Assembly: GCA_965208905.1 (NCBI GenBank)
Contig: OZ242365.1
Span: 768,001-832,000, forward strand
DNA from: Nitrosopumilaceae archaeon
GTDB lineage: Archaea; Thermoproteota; Nitrososphaeria; Nitrososphaerales; Nitrosopumilaceae
Length of the DNA: 64,000 bases
Direction of reading: 5' to 3'
Within the stretch, counting starts at the first letter, position 1. Each line of letters begins with the position of its first letter. The position numbers were made by a program, and so were the translations under genes. Below, one piece after another: positions 20,913 to 31,465 of this stretch. The notes under the pieces were generated by a model. It was not told the origin of the DNA. It searched no databases and saw only the letters and a program-made list of their open reading frames with translations.

Positions 20913-22172
20913 TTGACCTACAAGTCTGTCCATGATCCACTGTATGGCTTTATAGATTTGAGCGAGCTTGAGATTCGTGTAATTGATTCGGCGGTATTTC
21001 GACGCCTACACCGAATAAAACAGTTGGCTCAGGCCAGTGCCGTATATCCGTCGGCCAGCCATGCTAGATTTGAACATTCATTGGGAGTATGTCATTTGGC
21101 AGGTCGCATGGCGAAACATCTCGAATTTGATGATAAAATGATACGAGCCGTTCGTTTAGCCGCATTATTACATGATGTGGGCCATGGCCCATTCTCTCAC
21201 ATCTTTGAGCCTGTACTGTCTAGTATCAACCATCAGGAGATAAGTCACGAGGAAATATCTCAGATGATGATAACAAAAGACCCCGAACTGTCTGGCATTC
21301 TAGGAGAGTTGGCGCCCCAAGTGGCCAGCATTCTTGCTCATAAACCTGTCCCTGGCTGGACACTTCAGAAGAGTATGCTGGCCGCTGATGTGATATCTGG
21401 CCCTTTGGATGTCGACCGCATGGACTATCTGCGCCGGGACTCGTACCATCTGGGAGTGGATTATGGTCACTTTGATCTTGATCAACTACTACATACGATA
21501 ACCACCACCAAAGATACCGGCGAGAGATGGGTGGCCGTAAACATCAAAGGGTGGGGAGCAATTGAACAGTACCGACTGGGCCGTTACCTAATGCATGCGC
21601 AGGTATACCAACATCATACCATAGTGATAGCCAACAGAATGTGTATGGACTCTATGCTGCGCGCCGTGGGTAGCGTGATAGATCCTGATGAGTTATTGGT
21701 CGGTTCACCAAACTTTTTGGAAAATTATACAAAACTAGATGACCAATCACTGAGTGACAGAATACTGTCATCGAATGGTGTAGCAGCAAAGATAATGGGC
21801 CGTCTACGGCGCCGCGACCTACTAAAACGTGTCTGTGAAATCTATCCTGGTAGTGACATACCAGACCCTAAAGCCCGCCTGAAGATGGCAAAGATGAATC
21901 ATACCACACAACAGAAGGTTGCCTCGGAGATTGCCCACACACTACATCTGGCCGAACATGATATAGTGGTGCATACCTCTCATATACCAGTACACCACAT
22001 CGAAGATCAAATTCTTGTAATACGCGATGGTGTACCCAGACACCTGAACGACTCCTCACCTATAATATCAAGTCATTCACCCATAGACAAATTTTACATA
22101 TTTGGTCCCGACAACAATAGAGTTCGAGATACAGTACGTGACTACATGTGTAGTGAATTTGGCATATTATGA
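20913..22172 (+). CDS. HD-domain phosphohydrolase (SAMHD1/YwfO-like dNTPase)
   Basis: DPLYGFI, FRRLHRIKQL, HARFEHSLG, LHDVGHGPFSH, DVDRMDYLRRD. Confidence 0.9.
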   Translation: MTYKSVHDPLYGFIDLSELEIRVIDSAVFRRLHRIKQLAQASAVYPSASHARFEHSLGVCHLAGRMAKHLEFDDKMIRAVRLAALLHDVGHGPFSHIFEPVLSSINHQEISHEEISQMMITKDPELSGILGELAPQVASILAHKPVPGWTLQKSMLAADVISGPLDVDRMDYLRRDSYHLGVDYGHFDLDQLLHTITTTKDTGERWVAVNIKGWGAIEQYRLGRYLMHAQVYQHHTIVIANRMCMDSMLRAVGSVIDPDELLVGSPNFLENYTKLDDQSLSDRILSSNGVAAKIMGRLRRRDLLKRVCEIYPGSDIPDPKARLKMAKMNHTTQQKVASEIAHTLHLAEHDIVVHTSHIPVHHIEDQILVIRDGVPRHLNDSSPIISSHSPIDKFYIFGPDNNRVRDTVRDYMCSEFGIL

Positions 22173-23117
22173 TATAGGTTTGTTGGATGTCAGTTCCGCG
22201 AGCATAGCAGACAACTGTATCTCAGAGTTGGCACCAGATAATATACGATAGTCATATTCGGCTATTATGCGCACCACCCAAGCGGGATCTATGCGCTCCA
22301 TCTTGAATGCTGCGGCGGTTATATACTTTAAAAAGTCTGACTCGGACATTCCGTACACTTTTATCAGCTCGACAGTCTTTTGCCGTGCCTCTGTAAACTT
22401 GCCGTCTATGGCCATCTGTAGTATACGATCAACGTCGGTAACCTTTGCTAGTCCGGCCATGGCCCGTACACTATCTGCAGTCACACTAGAATCAGTCACA
22501 GACGCCTGCATTAGATTTATGGAGTGTCTCATGTCTCCACCAGAGTAGTCGTATATCATATCTAGGGCATTATCATCTATGGATGCGCCCTCGGATTTGG
22601 CTATCTGTCGTAGCTTACCTGTCATATCTTCTTTGGATATGGATGTAAATCTAAAGTTGGCGCATCTAGACTGTATGGGTTCTATTATCTTTGATACATT
22701 ATTGGCTATTATGATGAATCTACAATACTCGGCGGCATCCTCAATTATGCGGCGCAAGGCAGTCTGCGCACCTGATGTCATCTCGTCGGCTTCATCTAGT
22801 ATTATTATCTTAAAGGGTATGTCTCCCATCCCTGCATATCTGGAGAATCGTTTTACCTTTTCCCGTACCATATCTATGCCCCTCTCATCTGAAGCATTCA
22901 ACTCTAGCGTGTAGTTGGAACGGTTATCCCCTAGTATGTGTCGCGCTATACACAGGGCAGTTGTAGTCTTGCCAACACCTGCAGAACCCGAGAAGAGTAG
23001 ATGCGGCATCTGTGATACATTCTCTAAAAGACTCTGTATACTGTTTATGGTACCCTTCTGCCCTACAACATCTGAGAGCTCTGTAGGTCGATATTTTTTA
23101 ACCCACATGTTATCCAT
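22167..23117 (-). CDS. rfcS: Replication factor C small subunit
   Basis: WVKKYRP, GSAGVGKTT, ELNASDERG, LDEAD, IQSRC. Confidence 0.95.
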   Translation of the reverse strand: MDNMWVKKYRPTELSDVVGQKGTINSIQSLLENVSQMPHLLFSGSAGVGKTTTALCIARHILGDNRSNYTLELNASDERGIDMVREKVKRFSRYAGMGDIPFKIIILDEADEMTSGAQTALRRIIEDAAEYCRFIIIANNVSKIIEPIQSRCANFRFTSISKEDMTGKLRQIAKSEGASIDDNALDMIYDYSGGDMRHSINLMQASVTDSSVTADSVRAMAGLAKVTDVDRILQMAIDGKFTEARQKTVELIKVYGMSESDFLKYITAAAFKMERIDPAWVVRIIAEYDYRILSGANSEIQLSAMLAELTSNKPIS

Positions 23118-23200
23118 ACTGTATCAAATTTAGCTCCCATACTAATACTCTCCTAAACATAGAGGTGAATTTAATACTACTATACATTACACGTGTATAC

Positions 23201-23623
23201 ATGCCATACAGGTTCCTTGATCACTCCAGCGATGCACTAGTTGAGGTTCGTCACACTGATATGCGAGGTGCGCTGACTGATGCCGCCTTATCTACAATAG
23301 ATATAATGCTGGATAGAGATGCAATTCAAAACAAGACAGTGCGCCACTTTGATATAAAAGATGATGCAGTACATCGTTTATTGTATCAGTGGTTGGATGA
23401 TATTATATTTGTGACACTCGCCGATAACTTTGCCATCAAAGAGATCACTGTGGATGAATTTGATGACTCTGATCATATAATAATGAAGGCTAGGGCATTT
23501 GGTGAACCATTAGATCTGTCCAAACATAGATTCCGAGTCGAGGTGAAGGCTCCCACATATCATGAGATGAAGATTAACTGTGACAAGAATGGTATAGTAT
23601 TGCAGTTCTTGTTGGATTTATAA
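23201..23623 (+). CDS. Archease
   Basis: YRFLDHSSD and EVKAPTYH motifs. Confidence 0.9.
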   Translation: MPYRFLDHSSDALVEVRHTDMRGALTDAALSTIDIMLDRDAIQNKTVRHFDIKDDAVHRLLYQWLDDIIFVTLADNFAIKEITVDEFDDSDHIIMKARAFGEPLDLSKHRFRVEVKAPTYHEMKINCDKNGIVLQFLLDL

Positions 23624-23854
23624 GAGAATTATATGGGGATTATATGAGGTTGGTGCGTAATTCAATATTGGGATGAAAAGATACGACACTAGTTGCTTTC
23701 TTATCAATCATAAAATCATGTCTAGTTGGTCTTGTAAGGTGTTCCAGGGGGGGGGGGGTAGGCGACGGGAGAGTGTTGAGTCTTGCACATGCGCTTCAAT
23801 GCACGCCTATATAATGGGAGCATGCACCTAGTTGGCTCGCACAACAGTACTAGG

Positions 23855-24800
23855 TCAGGCACACTCTACATGTACCGAGCGACCATAGGAGGGTATTGGT
23901 ATGCCCAGTTTTTTGGCGCACTCAAACCTGTTGAGGACACGTATGTTCCAGGCGATTGCCCTGCCCTTGCCGAATCGACGCCTGTTGTCTTTACGAATGA
24001 ACCTGCAGCACAGCTGATGCTGCCTAGTCTCCTCTGCGCCAAATATGCCCTCTATAAGGGACCTCAGCGGGTATTCGGCGCGGTTAAATATACCTGCGGC
24101 CTTCTTCCTACTTGGCTTGTCCTCGCTGACGGCGCCCATACGTTGCTTGATGTTGGGCATCATGTTCATGCAGAATACCTCTTCAAAATTGTAATCCGCA
24201 TCGTATCGTGGGTGTTTCGCTTTTTGAAGTTGATCGTGCGTAAAAACGTTGACATATGTACTAAATGAAAAATAAGGGTTTTTGTTACCAATGATTGGTG
24301 TTTGAGACGATTTTTTTGACATTAAATAACAATCATTGGTTGTTTATGGTACTTCAAAAAGCAAAACAGTTACATCGTATCCACGATCCGCATTAAACGT
24401 ATTCCCCTTAAAATCAAACCCGTGATTTTTGTACCGGGTGGTCTCCACACCGCTGCTGTCTGCCGCCAGCGGCCCGCTCGCCCCGTCTGCGGCCCTGATG
24501 CAGCGGCGGGCCGTCTCTGCCAATATATAATCCATCTAGTCTTCGGGTATGGTGTATAGATGTCTGCACAGCCAGCTGTGGTCCGGAGCGGGTTCATCGC
24601 TCCACGGCGTATTCATGGTGCGCAAATCTGATTCCGCATTGCGGCAGGTGTCGTTGCTGGCCATCATGTATAGACAGGCAAAGTCCATCTTATCCTTGGA
24701 GTGTATGGGCGGACGACCTCTTGTTGGTTTTGTGCGCGGACAGGGGTTCTTTGTGATTACGTCAATCAACGTTTTTTGGAGGTGGACTGTCTCAACGGTC
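23855..24800 (-). pseudogene. IS5-family transposase remnant
   Basis: Fragments PDHSWLCR, LAADSSG, NADRGYD and RSLIEGIF across stops and frameshifts; interrupted by a MITE. Confidence 0.75.
24208..24373. mobile_element. 166-bp MITE with 8-bp TSD
   Basis: TIRs GTGGGTGTTTCGCTTTTTGAAGT / GTAACTGTTTTGCTTTTTGAAGT; TSD ATCGTATC at 24200-24207 and 24374-24381. Removing it restores ...DRGYDADYNF. Confidence 0.85.
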
Positions 24801-25446
24801 TTTGCCAGTTCATAATACTGCCAGTACCCTTCGCGCCTAGTATGTTGGCTTATACATGTGTATGGGGATGCCGATCTTTAAAACTTTCCTACGATCAAAA
24901 GTGTATACAAACGATCAAACGCCCTAAATTTAGCCGGGCGCGATATGCCGTGCGGCCATACAAGGTTGTTGGCACAAGAGTTCATACATTACACATCTTA
25001 AGGCATACCTGACTCGAATTACGCACCAACCTCTCTCATACCACAACTTTTTCAGGGAGCACAAGGGTCTGAAGAACAACATGACCCCCGTAGAAGCAAT
25101 CGTAATAGACATTATATCGGTACCAGACTCGGACTTGGCACCTGATTGTGACAAGTGGATCACTTTCATTCAGAATGCGGCCATCCACGCCATGGCCTGA
25201 CTGACATACCCGCAACCCGTCCGGATTTATCCGTATGATGTCACGCGCGTACTCAAGATTATACCCGTATGCGTACCACACTACTACTGCACTACGTGAC
25301 ACTGCAAAGTACATGGCGTTGTTATACAGATTTAGACTCTTGCTATGCAGATTCTTACAACATATTCATATGAACATTCATCAACCGCGTTTGCAAGAGA
25401 ACCAATTATTCAATTGTTTATAAACAAATAAAAAAAAAAAATAAAT

Positions 25447-25935
25447 TTATTTTCTGAGAATCTTGTTGTTCTCTTTCAGTATGGTATTATTCTCGGTTAA
25501 CATGCCGTTGTTCTCTTTCAGTATGGTATTATTCTCTTTCAACATGCCGTTGTTCTCGGTTAGTGTACTGCGGTTCCCTTTCAGTATGGTATTATTCTCG
25601 GTTAACATGCCGTTGTTCTCTTTCAGTATGGTATTATTCTCTTTCAACATGCCGTTGTTCTCGGTTAGTGTACTGCGGTTCCCCGCTAGTATTCCGTTGT
25701 TCTCTTTTAGTATTCCGTTGTTCTCTTTTAGTATTCCGTTGTTCTCGGTTAGTGTACTGCGGTTCCCTTTCAGTATGGTATTATTCTCGGTTAACATGCC
25801 GTTGTTCTCTTTCAGTATGGTATTATTCTCTTTCAACATGCCGTTGTTCTCGGTTAGTGTACTGCGGTTCCCTTTCAGTATATCATTATTTTCTTTAAGC
25901 AAAGCAAGGATCTCTGCTAATGCATTTTCAGACAT
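25447..25935 (-). CDS. Heptad-repeat coiled-coil protein encoded by a 21-bp tandem array
   Basis: 21 heptads LKENNGM/LKENNTI/LKGNRST/LTENNGM; TATA-like sequence upstream (about 25957-25966). Confidence 0.75.
   Translation of the reverse strand: MSENALAEILALLKENNDILKGNRSTLTENNGMLKENNTILKENNGMLTENNTILKGNRSTLTENNGILKENNGILKENNGILAGNRSTLTENNGMLKENNTILKENNGMLTENNTILKGNRSTLTENNGMLKENNTILKENNGMLTENNTILKENNKILRK
25456..25899. repeat. 21-bp tandem repeat with 105-bp higher-order unit
   Basis: Contiguous 21-nt units without spacers. Confidence 0.92.
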
Positions 25936-25986
25936 TGAATGATAATTACAGTATCAATATATATACTATTGTTATACGTAAAGGGT

Positions 25987-27189
25987 ATGGCAAATGAGGA
26001 AAGCCAGGATGACAGTAAAATACAGCCTGAACAAGGATCCGAGCTGGTAGATACAGATGCTGATGATGACTCAGCCGAGAATGGAGACTCATATGAACCA
26101 CCACGTCTAACCACAGGGTTGTTTAACATAGTCGACACAGTGCGAACGCTAAGCAATGTAGGTGTCGCAAAGACGAAGGTTAATCCGGCTCAGGGATTAC
26201 TTCTGGGATGGCAGTCTGCCACGTATTTGGGCTTTGCTGCGTTCCTGGCGTGGATGATAATGTCCGCAATTGCCCCAGATATATCAGTAGGATTGGCCAA
26301 GTTTGCTGTATTCATAACATTTGGCGCCTCGGCACTCGTTCTAGTGATATTATATGGAACAAATTTAGTAACAGGCGACTACATGACCTCGGGAATATCC
26401 CTGATGACCAAGCAGGCCCGATGGCGAGAAGTGCTTTGGGAGTGGTCGATAGCCCACGCCGGGCATTGGATATCTGGATTCACCATCTCGTGGATGATAA
26501 TAATTGGGGCCGACCAAGTTGGTGGATTGGGTTCTGCGCTAACTACAATGCTTGCCGATGTGGGCAATACCAAGGTGAATGACCTATCTTGGGATCAGCT
26601 CTTCTACCGCGGTATATTTGCCAACTTGTTGATTGCTATGGGTGTGTGGGGCGCCTACAGGACAAAAGAGACGATAGCCAAGATCTTTTTAATTGGTATT
26701 CCGGTGGGAGTCTTCTTTGCTATTGGGTTTGAACATAGTATAGTGAATCACTTTGCTCTGGCGGCCGGCATCTGGGCCGGTGGCGACTATACTTGGGGCG
26801 AGGCGTGGTTCAAGAACCTTGTTCCTGTCACACTAGGGAACATAATAGGTGCGATGATCTTTCAAGGCATGGTTTATTGGTATATCAGTGGGATGCAGAG
26901 GTGGGTTGGGCCCGGAAGATGGAGGGTACCGCACGGAACATACAGGGACTTGGCGCGCGCAATCAGGGATACTGGCACCCTCATGTTATTCTTCGTAGGC
27001 ATGGCCCCGTTGATGGCGGGGTCAATATTCGTCTTTGGTGTGGAGCCGTTAATGGGTGTGGTCCCCGGCACCAATAACCAAAACTGGGTAGAGCCAATTG
27101 GAATTGCGGTTTATTTGGTGGTTACTGCGCTAATCATAAAGTGGGCTTTCATGCCACGTAAACCATGGCACAAAATACCAGATTCATAG
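25987..27189 (+). CDS. Formate/nitrite transporter (FNT) family channel with C-terminal extension
   Basis: GTNLVTGD, RGIFANLLI, GFEHSIVN, NLVPVTLGNIIGA. Confidence 0.88.
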   Translation: MANEESQDDSKIQPEQGSELVDTDADDDSAENGDSYEPPRLTTGLFNIVDTVRTLSNVGVAKTKVNPAQGLLLGWQSATYLGFAAFLAWMIMSAIAPDISVGLAKFAVFITFGASALVLVILYGTNLVTGDYMTSGISLMTKQARWREVLWEWSIAHAGHWISGFTISWMIIIGADQVGGLGSALTTMLADVGNTKVNDLSWDQLFYRGIFANLLIAMGVWGAYRTKETIAKIFLIGIPVGVFFAIGFEHSIVNHFALAAGIWAGGDYTWGEAWFKNLVPVTLGNIIGAMIFQGMVYWYISGMQRWVGPGRWRVPHGTYRDLARAIRDTGTLMLFFVGMAPLMAGSIFVFGVEPLMGVVPGTNNQNWVEPIGIAVYLVVTALIIKWAFMPRKPWHKIPDS

Positions 27190-27831
27190 GAAGAATCTAC
27201 ACATGATGCTACGTGACCTCTGCACCATACAACTCCTAGCTGCCCAGCGTTACTATAATATTCTTGCTTAGAATCACTACAATAACCACCCAGCAAACTA
27301 CTGCAACCACACCTGCACCACTGCGCGGAGCCCAGCAGAGCTGCCATGGTGTGGTTTGGCGGCCGGTATCTACCCGTAGTGATTTGAAAAAGGATCCGTA
27401 TAAAAATTATTGAATTAAGATCGTTTATATGTTCTGTGTCGTTTGACATGGTATTACAAACTTGTAGAATAAATCGAAACGTTTAGACCCTCCATCCCCC
27501 GGACCCTAATGCCAAAGACAATGAAGGTAAAGCAGGGGTCAGACTATCTGCAGTGAATTACACCAAAACGACGTGAACAGTTACGTCGTTGGGATGTATG
27601 GCCGGGTGTACAAATTACGAGTATGTCCCACTTATGGAAGGATTCGGTATACGTGTCCCACACCCACATGTCCGGCGACATGAATAACAACTAGTTTAAC
27701 AGCCCAACCCCTCCCCCCATAACTTACCACCTTCGTATTTTATGCCTGGGCCCCAAAATAGAGGAATTATGTTACAATGTTCATTCATGTATATAATTCC
27801 CATTTATAACCATACATGTGATATACTTGTC

Positions 27832-28224
27832 ATGGATGCTGACCCAGAGATAGCGCGAATTATGGCTAAAAAGATGCGAGATAGAATGTTTAACACTACG
27901 CGCACAATTATGGATGCTACCGACAACACACTGGATAAAATACTAGACACAAACAGTTTGGTCTTACTGGACTTTTGGGCGGAGTGGTGTGGACCTTGCC
28001 GAGCCCTCCATCCTGTATTTCAGACTGTTGCTGGCGAGTATAACACCATACAGTTTGCTCGATTAAACATTGACCAAAACCCTATCATGCCCGCCAAGTA
28101 TGCTGTTCAGGCCATACCCACTCTTATACTGTTTCACAAAGGCCGACCCATCCATCGAATGACCGGCATGGTGGGCGCGTCTGGCATACGTGATGTATGT
28201 AAAAAGTTCGATCAGTACGCGTAA
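27832..28224 (+). CDS. trxA: Thioredoxin
   Basis: DFWAEWCGPC. Confidence 0.92.
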   Translation: MDADPEIARIMAKKMRDRMFNTTRTIMDATDNTLDKILDTNSLVLLDFWAEWCGPCRALHPVFQTVAGEYNTIQFARLNIDQNPIMPAKYAVQAIPTLILFHKGRPIHRMTGMVGASGIRDVCKKFDQYA

Positions 28225-29990
28225 GCGGCATCCTGCCTTCGTTGTACCTCTATTATGTGGTCTAACATGCTTATCTGTTCGGGACTTAACCTGTCGATGA
28301 ATCTACCTTTCAGATTTTTTGCCTCTTTGGAAGTGGGTAGAGTATGATATGTATCCTCCTCGAATATCTGTCTGTCTATTGTGACATTGCGGACCGAACA
28401 GGCCACCTCCTGTCCTGTATGAGCCTCCTGTATGGTCTTGCCATCATGTTGTAGTTGATGGACGGCCCCTACTTTGCGGCCTTTCTGATTCATAAAGGGC
28501 GTCTTTGAGCGTAATGTGCCACCATCTATTCGTATCCCAAAGACGGCTGGATTGCTGTTCCGAAAGACATATCCCTTAAGAAAAGTGAATTTGGCCAGTG
28601 GCGTTATCTCTGCAAATACGGCATCCTCCTCATGTATAATATCCTGACGTACCCATTCTGTATAGTCGTCTATCAACTTGTATATGACACGTTCCTGAAA
28701 TATGCGCACATGTCCTATCTCAGCCTCCTCGGCAGCATCCGGAAGCACCTTGACACTAAATGCCAAGACCACTCCTAATCGCCTATCGACATCTTTGGTG
28801 GCTCGCGCCTCCATTACATCACGACGGTTTACAGGACCGATGTCTGCTTTTGCTATCTTTACTCCCTTCTCATTTAACATTTGAACCATCGCCTCCAAGG
28901 ATCCTATGGTGTCACACTTTAGCGTCACACCCCGTGTCTGCGTGTCTATAAATACAGACTCCATCTCCGAGCGTATCATCTCACTATACCTTTTGATATC
29001 TTTGTCGGTTTTAGCTATGTATAGTGTGCTTCCTGGCAGCACTCCCTCCAGATCTGGAGATGCTATCTTGAGTCCTGCTGCGGCAATCACTGAATCTGTC
29101 GTCTGGAATTTATCTCGCGGATCCCGCATCTCATCTAGTGGTTTTGGCAGCAGTATGGCCTTTGGTTTTGTTACTATGACGCCATCCCGCTTAGCCATGA
29201 GTATGTAATCGTCCTTCTTTATGGTACCATCAATCAGTATTATGTTGGCTGTCCCCCCCAGCCCTGTCTCGTGATTTGCTTCCAATACTATACCTCGCGA
29301 CTCTTTCTCCTTCTGCTCTAGCCTACCTTGCATGTACTGTTGTGTGAGTGCTACTAGAACTGTAAGCAGCTCAGGTATACCTACACCAGTCTTGGCGGAT
29401 ATGGGTATTATCGACACCTCGGACTTGAAGTCTTTTACCCGGTAGAATGCCTCGGACTTGTATCCTAGAATTGAGAGTGTGCCCACTATATCGTATATGC
29501 TTTTATCTAGTTCTGTGCGTACCATTTGGTCCTGTTCTTTGACTGCTTCGGAGATGAAGGATGTTGATGTATCTCTCCAACCTGATATCTGATCACACTT
29601 GTTGAGCGCAACTACAAAGGGAACCTTTCTGGACTGCAGTATCTTGAAACTCTCTTGTGTCTGAGGCTGGAAACCTCGAGCAGCATCAATCACTAGAATC
29701 GCTATATCTGCTGCTGAACCCCCACGACTTCTTAGGTTCTTGAATACTTCGTGGCCTGGCGTATCGATGACCAAGAGTCCGGGTATCATTGAGTCTGATT
29801 TTAGACGATCATATAAACGACCACATGCCTTTCGTACCGTGTCGTTGGGGAGAAAACTAGCACCAATATGCTGTGTAATGCCACCAGCTTCTCTCCCTTG
29901 AACTCCAGTACCCCTTATGTTGTCCAGTAATGATGTCTTTCCCGAATCAACGTGCCCTAGTACTGCTACTATGGGCTGCCGTATGACCAA
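28212..29990 (-). CDS. infB: Translation initiation factor IF-2 (aIF5B)
   Basis: GHVDSGKT, GGITQHIGA, DTPGH, NKCD; TTG start inferred. Confidence 0.96.
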   Translation of the reverse strand: MVIRQPIVAVLGHVDSGKTSLLDNIRGTGVQGREAGGITQHIGASFLPNDTVRKACGRLYDRLKSDSMIPGLLVIDTPGHEVFKNLRSRGGSAADIAILVIDAARGFQPQTQESFKILQSRKVPFVVALNKCDQISGWRDTSTSFISEAVKEQDQMVRTELDKSIYDIVGTLSILGYKSEAFYRVKDFKSEVSIIPISAKTGVGIPELLTVLVALTQQYMQGRLEQKEKESRGIVLEANHETGLGGTANIILIDGTIKKDDYILMAKRDGVIVTKPKAILLPKPLDEMRDPRDKFQTTDSVIAAAGLKIASPDLEGVLPGSTLYIAKTDKDIKRYSEMIRSEMESVFIDTQTRGVTLKCDTIGSLEAMVQMLNEKGVKIAKADIGPVNRRDVMEARATKDVDRRLGVVLAFSVKVLPDAAEEAEIGHVRIFQERVIYKLIDDYTEWVRQDIIHEEDAVFAEITPLAKFTFLKGYVFRNSNPAVFGIRIDGGTLRSKTPFMNQKGRKVGAVHQLQHDGKTIQEAHTGQEVACSVRNVTIDRQIFEEDTYHTLPTSKEAKNLKGRFIDRLSPEQISMLDHIIEVQRRQDAAYAY

Positions 29991-29991
29991 G

Positions 29992-30393
29992 TCACGAAAA
30001 CACCACACCGGATTCGTACTTGAAACTCTCCAGCGAGTCTGATGCATGTATTATATTTGCGGATATGCCAAGTCCAAAATCTCCCCGTACAGAGCCGGGT
30101 TGCGCCTCATATGACCGTGTACTCCCAATCATCAGGCGTGTTGCATCTATTGCGTGGTCTCCTTCTATTATGGCAGCAACTGCCGGGCCAGACGTTATAA
30201 ACGAGACTAACTCCTCAAAGAACGGCTTTTCTTTGTGTACATTGTAGAACTTTGTTGCTAGTTCACGGTTGAATTGAAGCATCTTTAGGTTAATTATTGT
30301 AAAACCCTTGGATTCGAATCGTTGTATGATTTGACCAATTAATCCCCGTGATGCTGCATCAGGCTTTATGATGAATAGTGTTCTCTCGGACAT
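29992..30393 (-). CDS. ndk: Nucleoside diphosphate kinase
   Basis: IIKPDA, GSVRGDF, NIIHASDS. Confidence 0.96.
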   Translation of the reverse strand: MSERTLFIIKPDAASRGLIGQIIQRFESKGFTIINLKMLQFNRELATKFYNVHKEKPFFEELVSFITSGPAVAAIIEGDHAIDATRLMIGSTRSYEAQPGSVRGDFGLGISANIIHASDSLESFKYESGVVFS

Positions 30394-30399
30394 GTGATC

Positions 30400-30603
30400 T
30401 TAACCACCCCGTTTGATACCGCCCTTTACATACTTCTTGGTCCACTTTAGCTTTCTAGGGTCCCTCTTTAATACCAGAGCGTTCTTCTTGCACTTTGATG
30501 AGCAGAACCACAGTATGCTCCCATCATTCTTTGCAAGCATTGTACCTGAACCCTTTGCAACTGACCGATTACAAAAGTTACAGGATTTTACTAAAAGACT
30601 CAT
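30400..30603 (-). CDS. rpl24e: 50S ribosomal protein L24e
   Basis: CNFC...FCSSKC...RDPRKLKWT. Confidence 0.95.
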   Translation of the reverse strand: MSLLVKSCNFCNRSVAKGSGTMLAKNDGSILWFCSSKCKKNALVLKRDPRKLKWTKKYVKGGIKRGG

Positions 30604-30617
30604 TATACATAATACAC

Positions 30618-30830
30618 CTACTTTATCTTCTTGGCCTCCCTCTCGGTCTCTCGTAGCATTAGTGTCTCCTGTACACGTACGGACCCCTTTACATTACGGG
30701 TGAGTATGCGCCCTTTGTCTTTACCATCTAGTATGCGCACACGAACCTGTATGACTTCACCTGCGATGCCGGTCCTACCAACTATCTGTATCACCTCGGC
30801 GGGGGTTACCTGATCCGTCTCAGCACTCAT
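30618..30830 (-). CDS. rps28e: 30S ribosomal protein S28e
   Basis: GRTGIAGE...RNVKG...LRETEREA. Confidence 0.95.
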   Translation of the reverse strand: MSAETDQVTPAEVIQIVGRTGIAGEVIQVRVRILDGKDKGRILTRNVKGSVRVQETLMLRETEREAKKIK

Positions 30831-31207
30831 TTGTTAGCGCCTCGCATGGCCGCCAGTGACTCAATGATCTGATCAACAATATGTTTCGCATCTCCAGAGT
30901 CCATAATTGCTGTAGCGGCAGATCTTGTCTCCAATCCAAGTGATTTGCCCATCTCTTGTTGACTGGGCACAAATGCAAAAGGGATCTTTTGCTCATCACA
31001 CAATATGGGAAGATGTGCCACTACCTCGGGCGGGTCTACGTCTTCGGCTATTATGACCATCTTGGCAGTATTTCGCTCTATCGCCTTTGTCACCTCGTTG
31101 GTCCCCTTCTTGACTTTGCCACTACTAGAAGATATTCGAAGGGCCTCGTATATTGGATTAACCAGATCGTCGGGCACTTCAAATTTTACATAATACCCTT
31201 TGGCCAT
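30827..31207 (-). CDS. rpl7ae: 50S ribosomal protein L7Ae
   Basis: [13 protein letters not shown]...IAEDVDPPE; start at MAKGYY. Confidence 0.95.
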   Translation of the reverse strand: MAKGYYVKFEVPDDLVNPIYEALRISSSSGKVKKGTNEVTKAIERNTAKMVIIAEDVDPPEVVAHLPILCDEQKIPFAFVPSQQEMGKSLGLETRSAATAIMDSGDAKHIVDQIIESLAAMRGANK

Positions 31208-31465
31208 AGGGTAATTACTCGGATTTGGTTTTAAAAGCGTTTGCAAATAAAAACAGGGGATTATACCGATAAGTACGCATCGCGGAGTGCTTATTTGACG
31301 ATATAATCCCCGGATCGTACTCCAACGCACATCTGTGCACCACTGTCTATCCGGATCATTGGACTCAAGCGCTGATGGGACTGATCCATCGGGGGGTGGA
31401 GGGTTCTTTCGGCGCCTGTTTGAATGGGGCGCCACATACCGTCCAGATGAACCTAGAATGAGCCG

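Noticed and set aside
23747-23758. G12 tract as a phase-variation switch
   Set aside because: It lies in the non-coding tail of a dead IS5 and is not linked to any gene or promoter.
24930-25423. Short ORFs between IS5 and the repeat gene
   Set aside because: Fragmentary with no identifiable family; probably decayed DNA.
25456-25899. Possible CRISPR array
   Set aside because: Units are contiguous 21-mers with no unique spacers, the reading frame is maintained, and no cas genes are present.
25463-25942. Hydrophobic antisense ORF (MLFSFSMV...)
   Set aside because: Shadow of the repeat; the minus-strand ORF has a non-repeat start and a TATA-like box.
27480-27720. Hairpin AACGACGT..ACGTCGTT and GTTTAACAGCCC resembling an IS6-like end
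   Set aside because: No partner TIR or TSD found; the match is too short.
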